Notes under the pieces: model-generated
The model's input: the letters and a program-made list of their open reading frames with translations, nothing else
Database searches by the model: none
What the model was told of the DNA's origin: nothing
Translations under genes and position numbers: made by a program
Part shown: in pieces, positions 38,445 to 48,575 of the stretch
How positions within the stretch are numbered: position 1 is the stretch's first letter
Layout of the letters: each line of letters opens with the position of its first letter
From: Candidatus Algichlamydia australiensis
Lineage (GTDB): Bacteria; Chlamydiota; Chlamydiia; Chlamydiales; JAJFMI01
Length of the DNA stretch: 64,000 bases
Direction of reading: 5' to 3'
Assembly: GCA_033977065.1 (NCBI GenBank)
Contig: JAXCHI010000004.1
Coordinates: forward strand, 384,001 to 448,000

Positions 38445-39640
38445 ATTTTGGGGAGCTGCTCCCAGGAGGTGGTGAAGCTTCGGTTGATATGAGCAGAAGC
38501 GGTGCGTTTTTCTGCACCGTAGTAGAGAAGACGTGTGCCGTAGCGCCGATTGATCTGATCAAGAGCTTCCATCGCGCGCTTCTCCTTTTCTGTGCTGGGA
38601 TTTTGCGCTAGCAAATCAAGTTGCTTCTCATGCGCACCTGAAAGCTCTGTTAGCAGGACCCCTGCACGCTTGTACTCATCCCCATCACGGTAAATTTCTT
38701 TTAGCATTTTTTTAGCATACTCAATGAGAGTAGGCGTAAAACTAGTAGCAAGAGGGAGACGGCAGGAGCAGCTGTTAGAGTAAAAGCTCTCTTTTTTAAA
38801 CCGGTTTGTTGAGATGAAAATAGTAATAAAATTTGTTTGCAGCTGCTTGCGTCGCAATTTTTGACTTGCTTTGGCAACAAATGTCGAAAGGCTTTCAGAG
38901 ACATCTCTATATGTTGTAAGAGGTTTTGTAAATGAGCGCGAGCTTAAAATGGACTTTGCACTTATATACATCTCATTTTCCGTTCTGCACGCAATCCCTT
39001 TTAATTCTAAGAGTGTGCGTAAACCCGCTACGCTCAATTTTTTCTTCACCCAAGTCTCATCAAGGTTGCAGAACTGCTTAGCTGTTGTAACTCCATAAGA
39101 GTAGAGCGTTTTTTTCATGCGCCTGCCAATTCCCCAAATCTCTTCAACAGGAAAATCTTTGGGAATACTCTGAAAAATGTGCGTACCACAGTGATGATCT
39201 TTGGCAATGCGATTGGCCAGTTTTGCAAGAGTTTTAGTAGGCCCGATCCCAATAGAGGTGGGAATACCAGTCCACTGGTAGACCTGTTTTCGAATTTTTT
39301 CTGCAAGAGCGATATCTTGACACTCTAAAAAACACTCATCAATTGAATAGACTTCAATTGGAAGAGAAAACGTCTCAAGCGTTGCAATGACGCGCTGTGA
39401 CATATCTGCATATAAGGGAAAATTTGAGGAGAGGGAAATCACGTTGTGATGCAAAAAATGCTCACGCCACTGATAGACAGGTGCACCCATGGGGATACCC
39501 AGTGCCTTTGCCTCTTTTGATCGTGCGACAACGCACCCATCATTATTAGAAAGTACAACAAGGGGGCGATCTCTGTAGGCTGGTGTGAAAAGCTGTTCAC
39601 ATGAAGCATAAAAATTATTGCAGTCTATGAGAAAGTACAT
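38435..39640 (-). CDS. umuC: Y-family DNA polymerase V subunit UmuC
   Basis: IDCNNFYASCE, VLSNNDGCVVARSKEAK, YSIDE, TKTLAKLAN; TAATG overlap with umuD. Confidence 0.95.
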   Translation of the reverse strand: MYFLIDCNNFYASCEQLFTPAYRDRPLVVLSNNDGCVVARSKEAKALGIPMGAPVYQWREHFLHHNVISLSSNFPLYADMSQRVIATLETFSLPIEVYSIDECFLECQDIALAEKIRKQVYQWTGIPTSIGIGPTKTLAKLANRIAKDHHCGTHIFQSIPKDFPVEEIWGIGRRMKKTLYSYGVTTAKQFCNLDETWVKKKLSVAGLRTLLELKGIACRTENEMYISAKSILSSRSFTKPLTTYRDVSESLSTFVAKASQKLRRKQLQTNFITIFISTNRFKKESFYSNSCSCRLPLATSFTPTLIEYAKKMLKEIYRDGDEYKRAGVLLTELSGAHEKQLDLLAQNPSTEKEKRAMEALDQINRRYGTRLLYYGAEKRTASAHINRSFTTSWEQLPKIYL

Positions 39641-40077
39641 TAGCTTGCCTTGTGTACGATAAAGGTGACAACGCCCCAAACTTCAAAGTCCATCTCTGGT
39701 GTGATTTGTAGGGGAGAGAAACTAGAATTTTCAGGAAGAAGAAAAAGCTTACCACTCTCTTTGCGAATCCGTTTCACCGTGAACTCTCCATTAAGAATCG
39801 CAACAACAATCTTATTATCACTTGGCGTAAGCGCGCGATCAACAATAAGTAGATCGCCTGATTGGATTCCAGCATTAATCATAGAATTTCCCTCAACACG
39901 AACAAAAAAGGTGGCTGCAGGATGAGCAATAAGTAGCTCATTAAGATCGAGCTTTTTTTCTACATAATCATCGGCGGGCGAAGGAAATCCCGCCTGCACA
40001 CGCGCAGAAAAAAGTGGAAGGCTTAATTTGGACTTTTCATCTGCTTTATAAAACTCTAATTTAACCGAATCTGTCAT
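39640..40077 (-). CDS. umuD: DNA polymerase V subunit UmuD (S24 peptidase)
   Basis: VQAG/FPSPA autocleavage site, GNSM Ser, FTVK Lys. Confidence 0.95.
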   Translation of the reverse strand: MTDSVKLEFYKADEKSKLSLPLFSARVQAGFPSPADDYVEKKLDLNELLIAHPAATFFVRVEGNSMINAGIQSGDLLIVDRALTPSDNKIVVAILNGEFTVKRIRKESGKLFLLPENSSFSPLQITPEMDFEVWGVVTFIVHKAS

Positions 40078-40112
40078 AGTTGTAATAACTATAACAGGAA
40101 CAATTAATTTAA

Positions 40113-40218
40113 GAGAGTGTCTTCGAATTAAATTTCGTCGAGTTTTTGGATTATTTTGGCCGATTTTTCGGCTCAAAAAAACCGAAAAATCGACTGAATT
40201 TAATTCGAAGACACTCTC
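40113..40218. mobile_element. Palindromic miniature element type F (106 bp) with a TAA target-site duplication
   Basis: 22-bp TIR GAGAGTGTCTTCGAATTAAATT; TAA directly repeated at 40110-40112 and 40219-40221. Confidence 0.85.
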
Positions 40219-42923
40219 TAAGCTGCAGGGGGATTAGATTCTTTGTGCATAAGTCTTGCTGCTTCTATGAATCGTTTGCGACTGGGCTCGTAGGCAAGGT
40301 TTGTATAGCGATTTGCAACCTTTTTACAAGATGTACTGGCTATCTTTCGTACTCCATCACCAAGCCAAAATAAGGTGATGAATTGATGAATAACTAATTG
40401 CTGAAATTGGAGTTTATTCATCGAAATAATGTCTAGGCTTATGAATTGTGCTGCTCTCCTAGTAAGATCTAAGGGAATCAAATTAAGAACGAACTTAGCA
40501 AATAAAATTCCAAAAATAATTTTGATGGAATTGTTTTTCATATAATCAAAACTTTTCATCCCCATATTCACCATTCGAACAGCCTCGATAGGAGATTTGT
40601 TTATAAAGAAGGGAACGATGTATTGAGGAATAATTCTTTCAGCTAAATAGTAAAATTTATAAGTACTATAGATGGCCAAGATTACAGTGGCAATTGCGGT
40701 TGCAACTTTTGTAATGTCATAGTCTAGAACATCTGAAATACGTGATGGAGCATAACAGAGGGTGATCCTCTTCCAGTCAGGATACTCTTCCTCAAGTAAT
40801 CTAGATCTATTCTGTTTCCACGCTTTTTTATGTATGCTGGTCAATTTGCTTATCTCATAATGGCTATCATCTAGTAGCTCGACCCTCTTATTTTGGAGAG
40901 TTCCGTGCGGTAACTTTTTGCCCTTTTTAGTGTAATCGGAAAGTACTTCAATGGTGTTTGGTTTTGCTGATACACCGCAGACGATATCCCTGTCTTTTGA
41001 TGTAACTTCTCTTGTTGGTAGAGGAGGAATTTCAGAGCTCGATTGGGGGAGAAAAATCCCTTGCGAAACAAGGATCCATTCAATGATCTCTTTTGATAAG
41101 CCTTCATCTTTGATCTTTGTTAGGTCAATAGCAAAGAGAAATTCAGGTTTTCTTTCATTTTTTAGACATGTTGAAACAATTTCTTGAACTTCTTCCGGTG
41201 ATCCATCAAGCATTCTTTTTGCTTGCGCATGATCTATACGGATTGCTTCTAGATTAATCATTCGAATTTTTTCTTCTTGAATAAGGTCACTTTTGAAATC
41301 TTTTAAATCAAATGTCTTGTTTACTTGAATGAGTGGAAAAATTTTATCCGAGAAGAGCTTGAAGGTGTCGGATAAGGAAAATCTTTCGGCTGATTTATAA
41401 CCTTGCCCTTGAAGCCATGGTACTACTTCATCTATTTCCAAAAGTTCTTCTATAAACTTTTCAGCTTTATCACAAGAAGGGAGTTGAATGTTTTTCCCTC
41501 TCAGATATACCAGAAGACCTAATAAGGTCTCTAAATCTCTCTTTTTTGTTTTGTGTTCTTCAATATCTGAATTATTTTGAATTTCAGAAATTTTTTCTGC
41601 AATAGCAATAGGATCATCGTCATCATCTTCAGGCTTCCATTCACCCATTTGATCTGTAATCCAGTCGGTAATTTGATCCCGAAAGGCTTGACTAGCTTTT
41701 ACTCGCTCTTGAACAACTTCGATGATGCAGTCAACTGTGTAGACTTCAAAAAATAGGGGCAAATATTTCCCGGTATATAAAGTGGATGAGAGATGTTCAA
41801 TGATGTTTTCTGTACCTGGAAGTCCAAGAACTCCACCGAAGGATTGCATGTAATTTGTATAGTCATGCGTATCACGGCCTAAATGTTTGTTGACTTGACC
41901 TTTGGCTATTTCAAGGCGCTTCTTTGCAAGAGCATCTTCTAGGCTATTTTTAAGTGTTTCCCCTTCAATCTCTCCTTCACCACAAAAAGTATAATAACAC
42001 TCCATTGCTTCACCCATGAATCTAGTTGCGCAATGATTCCCAGATCCAGCGAGATCAACAACAAGTCGAGAGCGATCCTCTAAAACATTTTTGTATTCAT
42101 TTTTGTTTTCTTCAGTCCAATTTTCTGGGTTGGGATTTTTTCTATTGAATTCTTCTAGTTTACTTTCTACTTCATATAAAGAGGCGCGAACAGCATTCTC
42201 AATTTGGAGGTAAAAGGCGGCGACTTTAGGGGCGTCATAGGCGGGAGGAGCACCAAGAATAGCGATGCGATTCTGTACACAATTTACAAAGCGTGTGATG
42301 CCTTCTTTTAACTTTGCTTCAGATTTGCCTTCGGGAGCAGAGACATATCCTGGCTTAGATGGATCACTTAGGTTGACTGTCTCAAATATTTTTAACAAAT
42401 TTCCAACTTGTATCTTTTCAGGTATGTGACTAACATCAATTTCTCTTGAAGAACTTCGCATATGAGAGAAGTTGATTCCACTCTCACCATAGAGAGATAG
42501 ATCGGTTTTACCCTCGTGTATGTAGATTTTTCTTAATTCATGAAAATTTGTAGAAACAAAGCATCCAGCAAGCGAGAGAATCCAGTTTGCAATTCTAACC
42601 AGTGCGATAATAGGATTGGCAGGTATTGTGTAGGAATAATGATTGAGTCCACTCCATATTGTATTGACAGTCATTGGAGTGAAAACAATGTTGCGAAAAG
42701 AGAGGGGTGAATAGCGTAAGGTGGCCCAAGCAGATTTTAAAGGGACTGTGGTTGTTTTGAAGATGACTTCGAAGCAAGACTCAACAGTTGAAATAATATC
42801 TTTACCTTCATTTAAATCTTTAGTTGGTTTAATGCTGTATTGGGATAAATCTACCGAGTAAGGTGGATTTTCAATAAGTTTTAATGACATTTTTGAACGG
42901 ATTTTGTATTTATTTGCCAACAT
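40218..42923 (-). CDS. Large hypothetical protein, putative effector with C-terminal TM segments
   Basis: 901-aa AT-rich ORF with no recognisable family. Confidence 0.75.
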   Translation of the reverse strand: MLANKYKIRSKMSLKLIENPPYSVDLSQYSIKPTKDLNEGKDIISTVESCFEVIFKTTTVPLKSAWATLRYSPLSFRNIVFTPMTVNTIWSGLNHYSYTIPANPIIALVRIANWILSLAGCFVSTNFHELRKIYIHEGKTDLSLYGESGINFSHMRSSSREIDVSHIPEKIQVGNLLKIFETVNLSDPSKPGYVSAPEGKSEAKLKEGITRFVNCVQNRIAILGAPPAYDAPKVAAFYLQIENAVRASLYEVESKLEEFNRKNPNPENWTEENKNEYKNVLEDRSRLVVDLAGSGNHCATRFMGEAMECYYTFCGEGEIEGETLKNSLEDALAKKRLEIAKGQVNKHLGRDTHDYTNYMQSFGGVLGLPGTENIIEHLSSTLYTGKYLPLFFEVYTVDCIIEVVQERVKASQAFRDQITDWITDQMGEWKPEDDDDDPIAIAEKISEIQNNSDIEEHKTKKRDLETLLGLLVYLRGKNIQLPSCDKAEKFIEELLEIDEVVPWLQGQGYKSAERFSLSDTFKLFSDKIFPLIQVNKTFDLKDFKSDLIQEEKIRMINLEAIRIDHAQAKRMLDGSPEEVQEIVSTCLKNERKPEFLFAIDLTKIKDEGLSKEIIEWILVSQGIFLPQSSSEIPPLPTREVTSKDRDIVCGVSAKPNTIEVLSDYTKKGKKLPHGTLQNKRVELLDDSHYEISKLTSIHKKAWKQNRSRLLEEEYPDWKRITLCYAPSRISDVLDYDITKVATAIATVILAIYSTYKFYYLAERIIPQYIVPFFINKSPIEAVRMVNMGMKSFDYMKNNSIKIIFGILFAKFVLNLIPLDLTRRAAQFISLDIISMNKLQFQQLVIHQFITLFWLGDGVRKIASTSCKKVANRYTNLAYEPSRKRFIEAARLMHKESNPPAA

Positions 42924-42973
42924 TCTAGCAAAATCTCAAATGAAAATCAAAGGTTTTTGCTATACTCGGTTGG

Positions 42974-44323
42974 ATGAAACGTGAAGAGTGGAAGTCCCGT
43001 TTAGGGTTTATTTGGGCGGCTGTTGGTTCAGCGGTCGGGTTAGGAAATATTTGGCGTTTTCCCTATGTTGTGGGAGAAAATGGTGGCGCTCTTTTTGTGC
43101 TCCTCTATCTACTTTGTTTGGCGGCTGTTGCATTTCCTATTTTAGTTGCTGAAATATTGATTGGTCGCAAGGCTAAAAGCAGTCCATTTCAGAGTTTTAA
43201 AAGTTTGGGGCGCTCAAGAATTTGGGGATTAGGCGGAAAATTAACTATTGTAACTGGCTTTTTAGTGAGCTCTTTTTATGGGGTAATTGCAGGTTGGACA
43301 CTGGGCTATTTGGTTCAGGCCTTTTTTGGAAATTTAACAAATTTCACAAGTGGTGCTGAAGCTGTTTCCTATTTTGAAAAAGTGACGAGTTCACCATTCT
43401 GGTCAATTGGGACTTTTTTCCTTCTAATGGGCTGTTGCTATTGGATTTTATCTAGCGGTGTGAAAAAGGGAATTGAAGGGGCGAACAAGGTGATGATGCC
43501 TCTTTTGATGTTTGTTCTTCTCTTGCTTGCTTTCCGCGGTCTTCTTTTGCCTGGTGGGACAAAGGCATTAAAATTTCTCTTTTCTCCCGACTTTTCACAG
43601 CTATCCGGAAAGGTGGTTTTAATGGCGCTTGGGCAGGCCTTTTTCTCTTTGAGTTTGGGGCAAGGAACGATGGTTACGTATGGGAGTTATTTGAGTCAAA
43701 AAGAGAATGTAACCACAACAACCCTCCCCATTGCACTCTTTGGAATTTTTATCTCTATTTTTGCTGGAATGGCGATCTTTTCAATCGTCTTCACTGCTGG
43801 CGGATCAGTCTCATCTGGTGAAGGTCTAATGTTTGAGACTCTGCCTGTGATCTTCTCTAAAATGCATGGAGGATATTTCTTCTGTTTGCTCTTTTTTGGG
43901 CTGATTTTCATGGCGGGATTGACATCGCAAATTTCCGCACTTGAACCCCTGATTGCCTATCTCGTTGATGAGAAAAGGTGGAAGAGAAAAAGGGCAACAC
44001 TTACCGCAGTGATCGCTTCGTTTGCTGTGGGAATTCCTAGCGCGCTTAGTTTTGGCCCCTGGAAAGAGGTTCGGTTTTTTGGAAAAAACTTTTTTGAAAT
44101 TGTTTCAGGAGGTGCGGTTAACCTTCTGATTCCTATCGGAGGGCTACTTGCAGCACTTTTTGCTGGGTGGCGCTGGGGTTTAAAAAAATCTATGGCGCAC
44201 CTCCACGAGGGAGCAGATGAGCTTTTAGAGCGAAAGCCATTCATCGAAAGTTATTTACGTTTTACAATAAAATATCTGGCACCCCTTATTATTATAATAA
44301 TATTATTTGATCAATTAATCTAA
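42974..44323 (+). CDS. Sodium-dependent transporter, NSS family
   Basis: REEWKSRLGFI..AVGSAVGLGNIWRFPY, GQAFFSLSLG. Confidence 0.95.
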   Translation: MKREEWKSRLGFIWAAVGSAVGLGNIWRFPYVVGENGGALFVLLYLLCLAAVAFPILVAEILIGRKAKSSPFQSFKSLGRSRIWGLGGKLTIVTGFLVSSFYGVIAGWTLGYLVQAFFGNLTNFTSGAEAVSYFEKVTSSPFWSIGTFFLLMGCCYWILSSGVKKGIEGANKVMMPLLMFVLLLLAFRGLLLPGGTKALKFLFSPDFSQLSGKVVLMALGQAFFSLSLGQGTMVTYGSYLSQKENVTTTTLPIALFGIFISIFAGMAIFSIVFTAGGSVSSGEGLMFETLPVIFSKMHGGYFFCLLFFGLIFMAGLTSQISALEPLIAYLVDEKRWKRKRATLTAVIASFAVGIPSALSFGPWKEVRFFGKNFFEIVSGGAVNLLIPIGGLLAALFAGWRWGLKKSMAHLHEGADELLERKPFIESYLRFTIKYLAPLIIIIILFDQLI

Positions 44324-44366
44324 TTAATGTAATTAGGAATTAAGTTTAATATAATAGTATTGTTGT

Positions 44367-46256
44367 GTGATAATAAGTTACTTAACACCGCTCCTCCTTA
44401 TGGTGTTGCCCTCGATCTGGGTCAGATGTTTTGTACTCCAACCCAAAATCATTGCCGGAAAGAGGGCCTTTTTTCCCGCGCTTTCTCTACTTATGATCGG
44501 CTTTGCTGCCGATCTCTTTGTCCTCTTTGAACAGCTTTTGATCTCCTGGCTTCCCATCCCTCAATCGCGTCTTCTCTTCCTCTTGGCGGTGATGATCATG
44601 CAAGGTCTAATTATTTTTGATGGGTATCTAGTAATGACTTCCAATATCCGCATGGAAGTAGGCTACCTTCACTTTTGTCGCGATATTGGCTCTTTTTGGG
44701 ACTCCGGCAAAGATCGCAGTGGTTTTACAGCCCTTCTTCCTCTGCTCTTGCTCTATATGGGATCTCTTGGCTATTTTTTGATTTTTCATCCGATACCTGA
44801 GCCCTCCTTACATGTCGGTGTTGTTGGTGCTATTTTGGGATTGGTCGTTATTTTTGCAGGAACATTTTTGCCCATGTCTCTTCTATGTGATGCAGCTCCC
44901 ATCTCCTTGCGCCATCAGTTCTTTTTTCTACGTAGAGGAAAGGAGATGTTGCTTTCTAAAAAGCGTGTGCGTCTTGATGAAGATGTCTTTTTTACCCGTT
45001 TTGAAGAGGCGCGTTTTTTGGATCCTGCTTACCCTCTCTTCCGTAAGACAAAAGGCTTTTCTGGTGATGAAATATTTTCTATTCGAATGGAAAAAGATGA
45101 AAGACCCAATATTGTTTTCCTCTTTTTAGAGTCGATGCGGGCACGAGATATGGGGGCGTATGGTGCCAGACACGGTGTAACCCCAAATTTCGACCGCTAT
45201 GCAAAGCAGGGCGTTCTTTTTGAAAATTTTTATAGTAACTCGGTTAAGACGTCGCGTTGCGCTATGGCGGCCCTTTTTGGTATGGCATCAGATAGCGACG
45301 GAATGGGTGTGCCTGCAAAGATAGAAAACTCTTTGATTAGTATGGCTGATATCTTGCGCGATGAAGGGTACGAGACGGCTTATCTACACAACGGCGCGTT
45401 AAAATTTGAAAATCAGCGCGATTACTTCAAGCGACATGGCTATGACCATGTGATGGGAAAAGCGGAGATTCAAACTCTATGTCCTGGCGCTCCTGAAACT
45501 AGTTGGGGAGTGCATGATGAGTATATGATGCGCTACGGAATGAAATTTTTAAATGAGCGGAAAAATAAACCTCTTTTTATGACCCTCTTTACGATTTCAA
45601 CGCACCATCCTTGGCGCCTTCCTCCAGGCGTCGCAGCACAGCCACCCCTAACAAATGCTACTTCGTATGAGCGCTATTTGCAGACAGTTTCGTATGCAGA
45701 TAGCTCTCTTGGTCTTTTTTTAGACCATGCGCGCCGCACAGGACTTTCAAAGAATACGATATTTTTTATTTTGGGAGATCACGGCTTTGCGATGGGGGAG
45801 CACGAGAAAAATTTTAACCAGCAGCGTGGCCTTTATGAGGAGCAAGTCCACGTGCCGCTCCTTGTCTATGCCGACGGCCGCCTTGAGGGAGGGCAGAGGA
45901 TTGCGCAGCTTGGCTCGCAACTCGATCTTTTGCCAACCGTTTGCGATCTTTTAAACCTCTCTCCGATTCACCACGCGATGGGAGCTTCTTTGTTGCGCGT
46001 TTACGAGAAGAAGCCCGTGTTTTTTCATAATCCGTATATGTATGGCTACTTTGGTGTTCGTCAGGGAGAGTTGAAACTAATTTATCTGAAGAAGACACGC
46101 CAGGTCGAGCTCTACGATCTCTCTTCCGACCCCTTTGAGACCCGCGATCTCGCCTCTTCTCGTCCTGATTTGGTAGCAGAACTTCTTCCGAAAGCGAAGG
46201 CTTATGAGAAAGGGCTCTCTTCACTCTATCTCTCTCGGAGGGTAGCCCCCCTCTAA
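44367..46256 (+). CDS. LTA synthase / sulfatase family membrane protein
   Basis: N-terminal TM segments, PNIVFLFLES, TISTHHPW, GDHG. Confidence 0.88.
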   Translation: MIISYLTPLLLMVLPSIWVRCFVLQPKIIAGKRAFFPALSLLMIGFAADLFVLFEQLLISWLPIPQSRLLFLLAVMIMQGLIIFDGYLVMTSNIRMEVGYLHFCRDIGSFWDSGKDRSGFTALLPLLLLYMGSLGYFLIFHPIPEPSLHVGVVGAILGLVVIFAGTFLPMSLLCDAAPISLRHQFFFLRRGKEMLLSKKRVRLDEDVFFTRFEEARFLDPAYPLFRKTKGFSGDEIFSIRMEKDERPNIVFLFLESMRARDMGAYGARHGVTPNFDRYAKQGVLFENFYSNSVKTSRCAMAALFGMASDSDGMGVPAKIENSLISMADILRDEGYETAYLHNGALKFENQRDYFKRHGYDHVMGKAEIQTLCPGAPETSWGVHDEYMMRYGMKFLNERKNKPLFMTLFTISTHHPWRLPPGVAAQPPLTNATSYERYLQTVSYADSSLGLFLDHARRTGLSKNTIFFILGDHGFAMGEHEKNFNQQRGLYEEQVHVPLLVYADGRLEGGQRIAQLGSQLDLLPTVCDLLNLSPIHHAMGASLLRVYEKKPVFFHNPYMYGYFGVRQGELKLIYLKKTRQVELYDLSSDPFETRDLASSRPDLVAELLPKAKAYEKGLSSLYLSRRVAPL

Positions 46257-47292
46257 ATTCCTGTATTACACGTAGAGCAATTGGCCCCGCTTTAACCCTG
46301 TCATCGTTTGCAAGGAGTATTACTCCCAATTCTTCTTCGGGATCAATTGCAATAAATGAGACAAATCCCTCCAAACTCCCTGAATGAACAAAGTAGCAGC
46401 TCTCCTCATTGCAGTAGTGGCAAAACCCGAGAGACCATCCTAAATTTTTCCGTTTGTACTGGGGTTGCATCATCTTTTGAATGGAACTCTGGCGCAAGAT
46501 TTTTCGATTGCTATAGCCTAAAAACATCTCTACAATTTTTGATAAATCATAAAGATTTGAGTAGAGACCAAAAGCACTTGTCATCCCTTTAGTAGCAATA
46601 TGGCAATTCTTTTCTCGAACGCCCTCTTTGTATCCCCAGGCGTAGTGGTTAGGAATCTTTTTTGGAGGTTTACAAACCGTGCTTTGCATTCCAAGAGGTT
46701 GGAAAACCTTTCGTTTTAAGTATTGTGGATAATTAAGACCAGAAGCCTTTTCTACAATCCAGCCTAAAATGACATACCCTAAATTGGAGTAGAGGAGAGC
46801 TTGACCTGGTTTGTAGCTCATCGACTCTTTTGGCAGGTGTCTCTGCAAATGTCCTTTCGTTGGGTATCCTTTTTTAACTCTGCCATAAGCAAAATAGGGC
46901 TCTCTCTTTATTCCTGAGCTATGTGTAAGCAAGTCTTTGATTGTCATCGACTCTCTGCGTGAGTAAGAGTGCATACGAAACCAAGGAAGGTGCTTTTCAA
47001 CTGGGTCGGATAGGTTCAATAATCTCTTTTCTGCTAATTGTAAAATTGCAATTGCGGAAAAAATCTTTGTAAGAGAAGCAATGCGAAAAATTGTATTTTC
47101 TGTAGCAGGAACATTTTTTTCGTGGTTAGCTAAACCCTTGGGATAGGTCCAAATTAATTGGTTTTTTGATACAACGCCAATTGCAACACCCTCGTCATGG
47201 GGAAAGTGGTTGGAAAGCCATCCTTCCAAGTGTTCTTGATTGGCTATAAGTGAGCCACAAAAAATGAGAAAAACAGTGAAAATACGCCACAC
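45814..47292 (-). CDS. Serine hydrolase (class C beta-lactamase/PBP-like); the C-terminal ~146 aa are probably read-through
   Basis: Signal peptide, SLTK (SxxK), LLTHSSG, YSN, HSG; the domain ends near 46255. Confidence 0.85.
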   Translation of the reverse strand: MWRIFTVFLIFCGSLIANQEHLEGWLSNHFPHDEGVAIGVVSKNQLIWTYPKGLANHEKNVPATENTIFRIASLTKIFSAIAILQLAEKRLLNLSDPVEKHLPWFRMHSYSRRESMTIKDLLTHSSGIKREPYFAYGRVKKGYPTKGHLQRHLPKESMSYKPGQALLYSNLGYVILGWIVEKASGLNYPQYLKRKVFQPLGMQSTVCKPPKKIPNHYAWGYKEGVREKNCHIATKGMTSAFGLYSNLYDLSKIVEMFLGYSNRKILRQSSIQKMMQPQYKRKNLGWSLGFCHYCNEESCYFVHSGSLEGFVSFIAIDPEEELGVILLANDDRVKAGPIALRVIQEFRGGLPSERDRVKRALSHKPSLSEEVLLPNQDEKRRDRGSQRGRKRDRRARPGVSSSDKLVSTLPDEHQSSHTYTDYEKTRASSRKRATKKLPSRGESERGLKDRKRLAKDRVASQAAQSSALPQGGRRHRQGAARGLAPHKGHAAG

Positions 47293-47346
47293 GGTAATGC
47301 GTCACTATACACGAATTAATGGTAAAAAGCGAGAAGATTTCTGTCT

Positions 47347-47940
47347 CTATGTAGGACGTCTACCAGAGGTACTCCAACTTGTTGTTGCAGGGGGCGCGCC
47401 ACTACCAAAATAAGAAGTTTGTTGCGGAGGCCTTCCTAGACTGGCCCCAGCGCCGGCTCGCAGTCCGGTTGTTCTATACGTAGTGGTCGCAGGGGGCGCG
47501 CCACTACCAAAATAAGAAGTTTGTTGCGGAGGCCTTCCTAGACTGGCCCCAGCACCGGCTCGCAGTCCGGTTGTTCTGTACGTATTGGTTGCAGGGGGCG
47601 CACCACCACCAAAAGAAGTTTGAGAAGATATGTGTCTGTAGGGCGTGTGAGAGTATCTGTTGCTTGGATACCTTCGGTGTCCTCCTCCTAAATCGAAAGA
47701 GAAGATAGGTCGTATAGCGATTGAGATACGACTAAAGTTATCCAAAAAGAGATAAACAAGAAAAAACGTTAGAGCAGTGTAGGTATAAGATTTTGTTTTT
47801 TTATAAGTAAATACTGAAGCAGCGAGTGATATTGAAGCCTTCATTAAAAGTAGGATGGGATCATTCTTAGAAACATCAGGGTTCTGTGGAACTTCGCGTA
47901 AACTTTGTGGGTTGAGATGGTTTGGATCAACTTGGGGCAT
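47347..47940 (-). CDS. Inc-like membrane protein with a G/P/T-rich tandem-repeat tail
   Basis: Bilobed hydrophobic region at about aa 29-66; 34-aa repeats. Confidence 0.7.
   Translation of the reverse strand: MPQVDPNHLNPQSLREVPQNPDVSKNDPILLLMKASISLAASVFTYKKTKSYTYTALTFFLVYLFLDNFSRISIAIRPIFSFDLGGGHRRYPSNRYSHTPYRHISSQTSFGGGAPPATNTYRTTGLRAGAGASLGRPPQQTSYFGSGAPPATTTYRTTGLRAGAGASLGRPPQQTSYFGSGAPPATTSWSTSGRRPT
47381..47621. repeat. About 2.4 x 102-bp tandem repeat
   Basis: GCAGGGGGCGC recurs at 47387, 47489 and 47591. Confidence 0.95.
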
Positions 47941-47950
47941 TCTTTAAACC

Positions 47951-48523
47951 TCAGTTTAGTTTTGCTGCAGTTCCATTTTTGGTGTTCCAGCAGTACAGGT
48001 AATATTTTGGTCCGCCAGCGCAACACTCTTGTCGAGGATTATTGAGACCAATAGAAATAATGTGTCCTGGTTCCCAGCTATGCATCTCTTTTGAAAGAAC
48101 AAAATTGCAAATTTGTCCCGCGTTCGACTGAATGACTGCGTATGTTCCTGCGTAGTCAATAGAGCGCAAAACAAAAGTTGGAGGAATATCAACAAAAGGG
48201 CCATTAGCCGGATCCACGAATACGTGGCCGTTTGTACGATTATTTAACAGAATAAATTTTCCTCTATTCCATGTGGTATTGGGACAAAATGTAATGAGAT
48301 CACCTTGCATCCATGTTTTTAGGACATATCTCAACTCCGGTTTAACAGCCCAGATGCTTGTGTCGTCTAGCTCAACTGTAATACCCTCATCGCCAATGCT
48401 GCGGAGGGAGCGCGCTTCGGGAGCATAAAAATATTGTTGTTGAGGTGGATAATGGTACTGATTTGAGAAGAGGGGGAGAGCTAAAAAAAGAAGAAAAATT
48501 TGAGTAAGCTTTTTCATATACAT
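47951..48523 (-). CDS. Secreted hypothetical protein
   Basis: Signal peptide MKKLTQIFLLFLALPLFS; beta-rich. Confidence 0.7.
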   Translation of the reverse strand: MYMKKLTQIFLLFLALPLFSNQYHYPPQQQYFYAPEARSLRSIGDEGITVELDDTSIWAVKPELRYVLKTWMQGDLITFCPNTTWNRGKFILLNNRTNGHVFVDPANGPFVDIPPTFVLRSIDYAGTYAVIQSNAGQICNFVLSKEMHSWEPGHIISIGLNNPRQECCAGGPKYYLYCWNTKNGTAAKLN

Positions 48524-48575
48524 CCTTTAATTGGGAGGGGCAAATGGAAATTTGCCCCTACTCGTTTTCTTTGCT

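Noticed and set aside
40078..40176. N-terminal extension of UmuD in the ORF track
   Set aside because: It derives from element F and the spacer; homology starts at MTDSVK (40077)
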